NCBI GenBank assembly: GCA_021780315.1 | Contig: JAJXYY010000027.1 | Location: forward strand, 11,179 to 75,178 | Origin: Acidobacteriota bacterium | Lineage (GTDB): Bacteria > Acidobacteriota > Terriglobia > Terriglobales > Acidobacteriaceae | Reading direction: 5' to 3' | DNA length: 64,000 bases | Shown here: in pieces, positions 21,176-29,228 of the stretch | Numbering within the stretch: the first letter of the stretch is position 1 | How the letters are laid out: each line of letters starts with the position of its first letter | Translations under genes and position numbers: made by a program | The notes under the pieces: generated by a model | The model's input: only the letters and a program-made list of their open reading frames with translations | The model's database searches: none | Told to the model about the DNA's origin: nothing

Positions 21176-21312
21176 GCAAAATTCCCTGTCAAGCCCCCGC
21201 AAGCTGGCTCCCCCCAGCTAAATCAGCCTAAACCAAACAAACAAGACCACTTGCACCCCCAAAATAAACCCCTCTCAAACGACACTTTAGTTCCGCCCAA
21301 TTCTCTAAAATA
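21176..21312 (+). repeat. Dispersed intergenic element, block A
   Basis: CCCTGTCAAGCCCCC...CCTAAACCA...AGTTCCGCCCAAT; homologous to the reverse complement of 28141-28275. Confidence 0.65.
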
Positions 21313-21435
21313 GAAGTAGAAGCAGCAACAGTAATCCCAGCACCGACCAGCGCACCTCTTGCGAGCCCCTACGTTGCACCGGCACCAGCACACAGCATCA
21401 GCCCGAAAAGACACATAGCATCGCCTGTAACGCCA

Positions 21436-21555
21436 TCTGAATCAAGACTTTGCGGATAAGCTCCTTAGAATCAAGACTTTGCGGCAATAGTCTGCGCAAG
21501 TCCAAGGCTAAGATCAATGTTTTGAAGACTTTGCGCAATATATGGGGGAGGGGGG
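21436..21555 (+). repeat. Dispersed intergenic element, block B (AAGACTTT octamer array)
   Basis: Octamers at 21444, 21473, 21504 (AAGGCTAA) and 21525, followed by a G-run; homologous to the reverse complement of 27874-27990. Confidence 0.8.
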
Positions 21556-21572
21556 AGCGACAACCAGCAGCC

Positions 21573-21881
21573 ATGCCAATAGCTAAGCTCACCCTCGAGA
21601 TCGACATCCCCCACGCCCACTCGCTCAAGGACCGTCGCCAGGTGGTTCGCTCCATCAAAGACAAACTCCGCCACAGCTTCAACCTGTCCATCGCAGAGCT
21701 CGATCAGGCCCTCGTCTGGAACCGGGCCACCCTCGGCATAGTTGCCATCTCCGGCTCCTCCTCCTACCTGCTTGGCCAGATGCAGCAGATCGACCGGGCC
21801 GCCCAGCGCATGGCCAACAGCCTCGGCGCGGATATCATCGACTCCTACTCCGAAATCATCGACGAAGAGCCCATCCCCTGA
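21573..21881 (+). CDS. DUF503 (YlxP-like) protein
   Basis: HSLKDRRQVVRSIKDKLRHSFNLSIAE motif; directly upstream of rbfA. Start at ATG 21573. Confidence 0.9.
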   Translation: MPIAKLTLEIDIPHAHSLKDRRQVVRSIKDKLRHSFNLSIAELDQALVWNRATLGIVAISGSSSYLLGQMQQIDRAAQRMANSLGADIIDSYSEIIDEEPIP

Positions 21882-21944
21882 CCCAGGCAAGCGGCAAACA
21901 CGCAAATTTGGTATGGTGAAGAATTCACGCAGTAGCTAAACACA

Positions 21945-22358
21945 ATGCCCGAGCAAAGAGCCAGAACCTACCACCGAAACCGAGTCGCAAACACCTTCTC
22001 CGAGGAGATAGGTGCCATGCTGGAAGGAGAACTCTCCGACCCTCGCATCGCACCCAGCTATGTCACCGACGTGGTTCTAGCCCCCGGCGGCAAATCCGCC
22101 AGAATCTTCGTTGCCGTCCATGGCTCCGAGGAAGAAGAAGCCTCCACCCTCGAAGGCCTCACCACCGCCCGAGCCTTCATCCGCTCCCAACTCCGTGACC
22201 GCATGGGTGTACGCCACGTCCCTGAACTCTCCTTCGCCATCGACCGCTCCGAAAAAATGACAGGTCGTATGGACGAACTTCTAGGTCGCATGCGCAAACG
22301 CGACAAGAAGCGTACCGAAGCATCCCAGCCCATTGCCGAGCCGATCCCAAAATCATGA
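21945..22358 (+). CDS. rbfA: 30S ribosome-binding factor RbfA
   Basis: LSDPRI...VTDVVLAPGGKSARIFV...VRHVPELSFAIDRS. Confidence 0.93.
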   Translation: MPEQRARTYHRNRVANTFSEEIGAMLEGELSDPRIAPSYVTDVVLAPGGKSARIFVAVHGSEEEEASTLEGLTTARAFIRSQLRDRMGVRHVPELSFAIDRSEKMTGRMDELLGRMRKRDKKRTEASQPIAEPIPKS

Positions 22359-23314
22359 CCGCTCAAGATTCCATCGCCGAACTCCTCCAGGAGTTCCGCT
22401 CCACCCCACGATTCCTCATCACCTCCCACGCCCGCCCCGACGGTGACGCCGTAGGCTCCGTCCTCGCGATCGCCGAGATCCTCGACCAGTTGGGCTGCGA
22501 AACCCAGATCGTCCTGGCCGATCCAGTCCCCGCCATCTATCACGAGCTGCCCGGCGTGCAGCGTATCCGCATCGCCACCACGCTGGAGCCAGACGATACG
22601 CCCATCATCGTCCTCGAGTGCGACAGCATACAGCGCACCGGCCTCCAGGGGCTCGAAGGACGTCGACTCATCAATATCGACCACCATGCCAGCGGCCGCA
22701 CCTACGGAGACCTCAACTGGATCGATGACGCTGCCTGCGCCGTCGCCGCCATGGTCTATCACATCGCCATCGCCGCCAAAGTCCACATCACCCCCGCCAT
22801 GGCAACCTGCCTCTACGCTGCCATCCTCTCGGATACCGGCTCCTTCACCTATCCCAGCACCGATGCCGGCACCTTCGCACTCGCCCACAGCCTCGCCCTC
22901 CACGGAGCCGACCCCAGCCGCATCGCACGCGACCTCTACTTCTCCAATCCCGTAAGCAAAATTCGCCTGCTGGGCGTAGCCCTCACTAACATGCAGTGCG
23001 AGGGAAGGCTCGCCTGGAGCTGGATCACCTGCGACCAGATGGAACAGACCAACGCCGTTGCAGAAGACTGCGAAGGCGTCGTCAACTACCTGATCGGCAT
23101 CGCCGGAGTGGAGTCGGCCGTCTTCCTTCGCGAAGTCCCATCCACCAACGAGTTCCGCCTCAGCATCCGCAGCAAGGGCAAGGTCGATGTCGCTCAGATC
23201 GCCGAAGTCTTCGGTGGCGGCGGCCACCGCAGCGCCAGCGGATGCACCTTGCAAGGCCCGCTAGAGTCAGCAACCGAACGCATCCTCGCCCAGCTTCGCA
23301 CCGGACTCTGTTAG
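22355..23314 (+). CDS. nrnA: DHH/DHHA1 phosphoesterase (NrnA-like oligoribonuclease/pAp phosphatase)
   Basis: HARPDGDAVGS, IDHH, DTGSF and GGGGHRSASG motifs; ATGA overlap with rbfA. Confidence 0.9.
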   Translation: MTAQDSIAELLQEFRSTPRFLITSHARPDGDAVGSVLAIAEILDQLGCETQIVLADPVPAIYHELPGVQRIRIATTLEPDDTPIIVLECDSIQRTGLQGLEGRRLINIDHHASGRTYGDLNWIDDAACAVAAMVYHIAIAAKVHITPAMATCLYAAILSDTGSFTYPSTDAGTFALAHSLALHGADPSRIARDLYFSNPVSKIRLLGVALTNMQCEGRLAWSWITCDQMEQTNAVAEDCEGVVNYLIGIAGVESAVFLREVPSTNEFRLSIRSKGKVDVAQIAEVFGGGGHRSASGCTLQGPLESATERILAQLRTGLC

Positions 23315-23342
23315 CCTGATCACGCCTGATCTTCGTCACTCC

Positions 23343-25157
23343 ATGAATGAAACGCAGCAATCTACCGGTTCCGGCAAAGCGAAACAGCGAGGTCCATCGG
23401 ACTGGTTTCGCCAGATGAGAGACTCCTCGTCCTTTGCAGCACCGCGCGAAGTCCTGGTCCTGCTCGTAACAACCACCTTCCTGCTGCTCTATGGCCTGAT
23501 TCCCATCTTCGGTGGCGACCAACTGGGTTTGGTCGGCGCAGACGAGCCACGCTACGCACAAATCGCCCGCGAGATGCTGATGGCGCACTCCGCAGCTTGC
23601 CATCAGGTCAACGCCAAAGTAATCCCGCGCAGCCTGCGATCAACGGACCTCCGCGCCTCCTACCACTGCCTCGTAGGAGGCACAGTTACTCCCATCCTCT
23701 ACGGCCAGCCCTGGCTGGAGAAGCCAGCGCTCTACTACTGGAGAGCCATGGGCTTCTTCAAGGAGTTCGGCGTATCCGACTGGTCGGCACGGTTGCCATC
23801 TTCGTCCGCAACCTTTGCCCTCATCTTTCTGATCTTTCTGCACATGAGGCGTTTCCGCCCCGGCGGCCACCTAGATGCCGCTCTAGTCACGGCTTCCTGC
23901 GTCGGCATTGTCAGCTTTGCCCGTGGTGCATCCACCGATATGCAACTGGCGGCACCCTTCTGCATCGGCATGCTGGGGTGGTACGCCTGGTACGAGACCG
24001 GCAAGAAGTTCTGGCTCTTCGATCTCTACTTCTTCGGTGCCGCCGCCACTTTGGCGAAAGGACCAGTAGCACCATTCCTTGCGCTAGCCATTATCCTGCT
24101 TTTCGTTGGTTTACGGAGAGAATGGTCGGCGTTGCGGAGAACCATCTGGCTGCCGGGAGTGATCCTCTACCTGAGCATGGTTCTTCCCTGGTACATCGCA
24201 GTCCAGAGGAAGAATCCATCGTTCTACAGACTGTTTTTTCTGGAGCATAATCTGGAGCGGTTTGCGACAAACCGCTATCAGCACCATCAGCCTATCTGGT
24301 ACTACCTGGCAGTTCTCTTGCTTGCGCTGATGCCTTGGACGGCGATTGCTTTGCGGGCTCTCGTTGATGCAGTCGAGGTATCAATTGCCGAATGGAAAGT
24401 TCGTCACAAGCCCCAACGATATCTCGGGCACACCCGGGCTGGCGATGCCTTTCCCGAGTTTCTGGTTCTTTGGGCATTGTTTCCGATCGTGTTTTTTTCA
24501 TTTTCGGGCTCAAAGCTTCCCGGGTACATCCTACCTTCCATTCCTCCACTAACTATTCTGACCGCCGACTATCTCAACCGCATTCGTCGGGATGGATTGC
24601 CTGAATGGCTGCTCTGGCTGCACGCTTCTATGTGCGCTGTGCTTGTTTTTGTTCTTGTTCTGGCACCGCAACATATGAAGTATGAGACGTTGGTTCCGTC
24701 CATCTCCTGGCTGCTGATTGCACTGATGTCTGCTGCATGCATTGGGGGAGTGGTGTGGTACCTGATCCGCCGCGGTGGAGTGTCCAGTGTTTGTTTTGCA
24801 ACAATGCTGCCAATCTTTGCTGCTCTCATCTTCCTGCTCGGATTCCATGGGAAGGAACTTGATCTCAATTATTCCGCTCGTCCGTTGGCGCAGGAGATTG
24901 CTAGGCAGGCACCCGGGGTCAAGCTGGTTGCTGTGCAGGACGTGAAGCGGGACATGGACTACGGGTTGGCGTTCTATCGCAGCGAGCCTTTGATCCATTA
25001 TGCGAACGACGGTGTTCCGCGCCAGGAGCATTTACTGGTTGTACGCAGTAACGATATGGCAACCCTCAACAAGTGGCTGGCAGGAAGAGTGTACGCACCA
25101 TTGTTCTTGTATGACTCGCAAGGCTTAGAGGTTTATCGCGTCAGTGCGCAGCGGTAA
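23343..25157 (+). CDS. GT39/ArnT-like lipid-linked glycosyltransferase
   Basis: ADEPRYAQIAREM, WLEKPALYYW, LAKGP and HHQPIWYY motifs; multi-TM. Confidence 0.88.
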   Translation: MNETQQSTGSGKAKQRGPSDWFRQMRDSSSFAAPREVLVLLVTTTFLLLYGLIPIFGGDQLGLVGADEPRYAQIAREMLMAHSAACHQVNAKVIPRSLRSTDLRASYHCLVGGTVTPILYGQPWLEKPALYYWRAMGFFKEFGVSDWSARLPSSSATFALIFLIFLHMRRFRPGGHLDAALVTASCVGIVSFARGASTDMQLAAPFCIGMLGWYAWYETGKKFWLFDLYFFGAAATLAKGPVAPFLALAIILLFVGLRREWSALRRTIWLPGVILYLSMVLPWYIAVQRKNPSFYRLFFLEHNLERFATNRYQHHQPIWYYLAVLLLALMPWTAIALRALVDAVEVSIAEWKVRHKPQRYLGHTRAGDAFPEFLVLWALFPIVFFSFSGSKLPGYILPSIPPLTILTADYLNRIRRDGLPEWLLWLHASMCAVLVFVLVLAPQHMKYETLVPSISWLLIALMSAACIGGVVWYLIRRGGVSSVCFATMLPIFAALIFLLGFHGKELDLNYSARPLAQEIARQAPGVKLVAVQDVKRDMDYGLAFYRSEPLIHYANDGVPRQEHLLVVRSNDMATLNKWLAGRVYAPLFLYDSQGLEVYRVSAQR

Positions 25158-25238
25158 CTTAGCTTGCTCTGGTTTCAGTAAACACTGGCAGGCTGGCAGC
25201 AATCCTATAAGCTCGATTGAGACGCCGAACTTAGCTTG

Positions 25239-26222
25239 ATGATCGCTGCCCAACTCGAGATATTAGATCTGCGGCACTTCTCTGCGCATCAGTTGCGGCC
25301 GTTGCTGGAGCGCGAGGCTCGGATGTGGAAGGCACGTCTGCGCTGGGACTATGACAGCTCTGTTGAACTGCTGCTCAAATATCTGGATTCCAGAATCCTG
25401 CCAGGTTTCGTGGCGTTGGATCGTGGACGCGTGAGTGGGTTTACGTTCTGCGTTTACGAAGGCCACAAGGCTGTGGTTGGGGATGCCTTTTCTATTGGGC
25501 AGGATGCAGGCCAGTCCTTGCAGTTTACGAATCGCTTGTTGAGTCACCTGTTGGAGTTGCTGACTCACTCGCCGGATATAGAGCGTATTGAATCGCAGAT
25601 GCTTCTCTACGATGTCGGAGAGATTGAGCAGAGCTTTGTGGCTGCCGGCTTTGCTCTGTATCCGCGGTTGTTCATGGAGTACGATCTAACCGCTCCCATC
25701 GGGTTGGTGATGGAATCTTCAATAAATGATGTGATTATGGATGGGGTTGAGGTGGTGGGGTGGGCTGCGGCGCACTATCAAGCTGCGGCGGAGTTGATCC
25801 ATGCTTCGTATGCGAATCACATCGATGCTTCCATCAACGATCAGTACCGTTCCCTGCATGGGTCGCTGCGTTTTTTGCATAATATTGTTCGCTTCCCCGG
25901 GTGTGGGGTATTTGAGGCTGGGGCATCGTGGGTGCTGCGGGATCGTGTGAGTGGAGCGCTGGTGGGGATGGTGTTGTGTTCGCGGGTGGCGGGGGATGTG
26001 GCTCATATTACCCAGATCTGTATTGCGGAGGAACATCGCGGGCGCGGGTTGGGCAGGGCGTTGCTGCGACACTGTGTTGGGCATTTGGCGCAGGCGGGGT
26101 TCTCTGCGATTACCCTGACGGTGACGGAGCAGAACCAGCCCGCCGTAAGCCTCTACGAGGAACTGGGCTTCTGCACGAGACACCGGTTTCATGCGATGGT
26201 TCTGGACAAGAAGCGAGGCTAG
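25239..26222 (+). CDS. Tandem GNAT-family N-acetyltransferase
   Basis: C-terminal QICIAEEHRGRGLGRALL...NQPAVSLYEELGF acetyl-CoA motifs; the N-terminal half is GNAT-like. Start is TTG 25236 or ATG 25239. Confidence 0.85.
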   Translation: MIAAQLEILDLRHFSAHQLRPLLEREARMWKARLRWDYDSSVELLLKYLDSRILPGFVALDRGRVSGFTFCVYEGHKAVVGDAFSIGQDAGQSLQFTNRLLSHLLELLTHSPDIERIESQMLLYDVGEIEQSFVAAGFALYPRLFMEYDLTAPIGLVMESSINDVIMDGVEVVGWAAAHYQAAAELIHASYANHIDASINDQYRSLHGSLRFLHNIVRFPGCGVFEAGASWVLRDRVSGALVGMVLCSRVAGDVAHITQICIAEEHRGRGLGRALLRHCVGHLAQAGFSAITLTVTEQNQPAVSLYEELGFCTRHRFHAMVLDKKRG

Positions 26223-26242
26223 ACCGCTATGGAGCGGGATTG

Positions 26243-27769
26243 TTACTCGACGTGATAGTTAGGCGCTTCGCGGGTGATGATGACATCGTGGACGTGGCTT
26301 TCGCGGAGGCCGGCGTTGGAGATGCGGATAAAGCGGGCGTTCTGCTGCAATTCCGCGATGGTTCCGCAGCCGAGGTAGCCCATGCCGGAGCGCAGGCCGC
26401 CGACGAGTTGGTAGACCATGGCTTCGAGGGGGCCACGGTGGGGTACACGGCCCTCGATGCCTTCGGGGACGAACTTGGCCAGGCGGTTCTGGGTGGCGCC
26501 TTCCCGGGCGGTGAGGGAGGGACGCTCTCCGGCGGAGATCTCGTTCATATCCTCCTTGCCCTGGAAGTAGCGTTCGCCTGAGCCCTGGGCCATGGCGGAG
26601 AGCGAACCCATGCCACGGTAGGCCTTGAAGGAGCGTCCCTGGTAGAGGATGGTCTCGCCGGGGCTCTCGTCTACGCCAGCGAAGAGGGAGCCCATCATGA
26701 CGACGGAGGCGCCTGCGGCGATGGCCTTGGTGACGTCTCCGGAGTACTTGATGCCACCGTCGGCGATGACGGAGATGCCGCGGTCGTTGGCGGCGCGGTA
26801 AGCTTCGGCGATGGCGGTGATCTGGGGCATGCCTGCGCCGGTGACCATACGGGTGGTGCAGATGGAGCCGGGACCGATGCCGACCTTGATGGCGTCAGCA
26901 CCGGCGTCGATGAGGGCCATGGCGCCTTCGTAGGTGGCGACGTTGCCAGCCAGCAGGTCGACGTTGGGGAAGTGCTTCTTGACCTCGCGGACGGCCTCGA
27001 GGACGCGGGAGGAGTGTCCGTGGGCGGAGTCGATGGCGAGAGCGTCGACGCGGGCGGCGACGAGTTCCGCGGCACGCTCGAGGAAGTCGCCGGTGGCACC
27101 GATGGCAGCGGCTACGCGGAGGCGACCCTGAGAGTCCTTGGATGCGTTGGGATACTTGAGCTTCTTCTGGATGTCCTTGACGGTGATGAGGCCCTTGAGT
27201 TCGAAGTCGTCGTTGACGACGAGTAGCTTCTCGACACGGTGCTGGTGGAGGATGTGCTCGGCTTCTTCGAGGGTGGTTCCAACGGGGACGGTGATGAGGT
27301 TGGTTTTGGTCATGACCTCGTCGATCTGAAGGTCGGTGCGGGAGACGAAGCGTAGGTCGCGGTTGGTGAGGATGCCGACGAGTTTCTTGTTTTTGGTGAC
27401 AGGGACGCCGGAGATTTTGTAACGGCGCATGACCTCGAGGGCGGCGGAGATGGGTTGCTCTGGGGTGATGGTGACGGGGTCTACGATCATGCCGGACTCG
27501 GAGCGTTTGACCTTGTCGATCTCACCGGCCTGCTGCTCGATGGTGAGGTTGCGGTGGACTACTCCTAGCCCTCCCTGCTGGGCCATGGCGATGGCGAGGC
27601 GCGACTCGGTTACGGTGTCCATGGCGGCGGACATGAGGGGTGTGTTGAGGGTGATGCGTTGGGTAAGGCGGGTCTGGGTGCTGACCTGGGTGGGGACTAC
27701 GTCGCTGTATGCGGGGACGAGGAGAACATCGTCGAAGGTAAGGGCTTCCGGGATAGGAGAGTTGATCAT
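26243..27769 (-). CDS. guaB: IMP dehydrogenase
   Basis: [14 protein letters not shown] pair, [19 protein letters not shown] and PEGIEG motifs. Start at ATG 27769. Confidence 0.98.
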   Translation of the reverse strand: MINSPIPEALTFDDVLLVPAYSDVVPTQVSTQTRLTQRITLNTPLMSAAMDTVTESRLAIAMAQQGGLGVVHRNLTIEQQAGEIDKVKRSESGMIVDPVTITPEQPISAALEVMRRYKISGVPVTKNKKLVGILTNRDLRFVSRTDLQIDEVMTKTNLITVPVGTTLEEAEHILHQHRVEKLLVVNDDFELKGLITVKDIQKKLKYPNASKDSQGRLRVAAAIGATGDFLERAAELVAARVDALAIDSAHGHSSRVLEAVREVKKHFPNVDLLAGNVATYEGAMALIDAGADAIKVGIGPGSICTTRMVTGAGMPQITAIAEAYRAANDRGISVIADGGIKYSGDVTKAIAAGASVVMMGSLFAGVDESPGETILYQGRSFKAYRGMGSLSAMAQGSGERYFQGKEDMNEISAGERPSLTAREGATQNRLAKFVPEGIEGRVPHRGPLEAMVYQLVGGLRSGMGYLGCGTIAELQQNARFIRISNAGLRESHVHDVIITREAPNYHVE

Positions 27770-27826
27770 AAGTTGGGGGCCGGGCACTGGGACTGGAGGT
27801 TGAGTCTTTTTGTCAACGGTTGATCG

Positions 27827-27855
27827 ATTGTAGAGTCGGGCAGGATGGAGAGCAA
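27827..27855 (-). promoter_or_regulatory. Putative sigma70 promoter of guaB
   Basis: TTGCTC-N17-TACAAT on the minus strand. Confidence 0.55.
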
Positions 27856-27873
27856 ATTGGGGTTGATATTCGC

Positions 27874-27990
27874 ATACCTCCCCCCTGGGGTGTTTTTGTG
27901 CAAAGTCTTCATTCTATTGTAGTTAGTCTTGGACTTGAATGTCAAAGTCTTGATTGCAAAGAGGTTATGGGTAAAGTCTTGATTGCAGGT
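27874..27990 (-). repeat. Dispersed intergenic element, block B (second copy)
   Basis: Plus-strand AAAGTCTT/TTAGTCTT at 27902, 27923, 27944 and 27973; reverse-complement homologue of 21436-21555. Confidence 0.8.
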
Positions 27991-28064
27991 AGTTTAGAGT
28001 GGTTGATTGGTGTGGCGGCGGTAAGGGCAAGAACAGGCAACGGCGATAGGTAGAGGGCTTCATT

Positions 28065-28110
28065 CCCACACATCCCGCGATGGGGCTGCGGTATGTATGG
28101 GGCACCCGGG
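28065..28110 (-). repeat. REP-like repeat, family 1
   Basis: Reverse complement CCCGGGTGCCCCATACATACCGCAGCCCCATCGCGGGATGTGTGGG. Confidence 0.65.
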
Positions 28111-28140
28111 CTTTGGTTCGGGGTTGATAGGGATTGGGGT

Positions 28141-28275
28141 GGTGTGTTGTTTTGATTACTGATTTAATTGTATGGGATTGGGTGGAACTGATTGTTCCTG
28201 AGGATAGTGTTTGTTTTCATTGGTTTAGGTGTGATGGGGGCTTGACAGGGGAGTTTGTTGCGTTTTTGGGGATTG
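28141..28275 (-). repeat. Dispersed intergenic element, block A (second copy)
   Basis: Reverse complement contains CCCTGTCAAGCCCCC, CCTAAACCA and AGTTCCACCCAAT, as in 21176-21312. Confidence 0.65.
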
Positions 28276-28292
28276 GGTGGTGCTGGTGAGGG

Positions 28293-29042
28293 CTAGAGCA
28301 GTGTTTTGGCGGGGGTCTGGGGGGACATTTCTTTGATGGCGGTGCCGGAGAGTTGGAGGCGGCGTGCCTGGGTGCAGAGGTCTGCGATGCGGGCGGCGGC
28401 GGTGGGGTAGTCGAGGCCCTGGGTGCGGATATTGGAGATGCAGTTGCGCTCGGCGTCGGTTCGGCCGGGGCGGGGAGCCCAGGTGAGGTAGGCTCCGAGG
28501 GAGTCGGGGGAGGAGAGTCCGGGGCGCTCGCCGATGAGGACGAGGGTGAGGGCGGCGTGTAGGGTCTGGCCGATGGGGTCGCCGATGGCTACTCGGGCCT
28601 GCTCGGCGATGACGATGGGGGCGAAGGTGAAGGCGGTGAGGAGGGGGAAGAGTGCGTCGAGCAGCGGGATGGCGTGGCGATCAATGGCCAGGGCGGAGAG
28701 GCCGTCGGCCAGGACGATGGACATGAGGCAGGGTTGAGGGGGGAGGGGGGAGAGCGCCAGGGCTTCGGCGGAGGTGGGGCTAAGGGTGCGGCCGAGGTTG
28801 GGTTGGCGGAGGTAGGTGGCGCGGTCGGGGGCTGCGGATTTGACGGTGATGGTGGGGAGGTTGCGGGCGTGGAGAGCTTCGAGCAGGGAAGGCAGGGCGA
28901 GGGTGGTGTGGACGGCGTCGCGGGCCTGGGCGTGGCGGAGGGCGAAGTCGAGGGTGGTGGCGGTGGAGAGGCTGGGAGTGGGCAGGAGCGTTGGGTTGGG
29001 GGTTGGTGAGAGGATTTGATCGAGCTTTGGCTGGGGGCTCAT
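28293..29042 (-). CDS. eutC: Ethanolamine ammonia-lyase light chain
   Basis: HAQARDAVH, YLRQPNLGR, ADGLSA, LIGERPGL and DAERNCISNI motifs. Confidence 0.92.
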   Translation of the reverse strand: MSPQPKLDQILSPTPNPTLLPTPSLSTATTLDFALRHAQARDAVHTTLALPSLLEALHARNLPTITVKSAAPDRATYLRQPNLGRTLSPTSAEALALSPLPPQPCLMSIVLADGLSALAIDRHAIPLLDALFPLLTAFTFAPIVIAEQARVAIGDPIGQTLHAALTLVLIGERPGLSSPDSLGAYLTWAPRPGRTDAERNCISNIRTQGLDYPTAAARIADLCTQARRLQLSGTAIKEMSPQTPAKTLL

Positions 29043-29120
29043 GGCGGTGGGGCTAGTTTAGCGGAAGCTGGAGGATGGGGCTTGGCTGGGGATGGATAGG
29101 GAGGGGAGAAGAGGCCATAC

Positions 29121-29183
29121 TCCAGGAGCTAAAGCCCTACTTTTGTGGTTGCGGTGGATGCGAGGGCTGAAGCCCATGCCTAC
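29121..29183 (+). repeat. REP-like doublet, family 3, between eutB and eutC
   Basis: TCCAGGAGCTAAAGCCC...GAGGGCTGAAGCCCATGCC. Confidence 0.7.
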
Positions 29184-29228
29184 CTTACGGCAGCGGTAGT
29201 GCGAGCTTCGTGGCAAACGTTTGGTTAT

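Noticed and set aside
21451-21459. TGCGGATAA as a DnaA box marking oriC
   Set aside because: A single one-mismatch box inside a dispersed repeat, with no box cluster, AT-rich unwinding element or dnaA nearby.
21436-21555. Octamer array as a CRISPR array
   Set aside because: The repeats are only 8-17 bp with 21-31 bp periods, the spacers are homologous between the two copies, and there are no cas genes.
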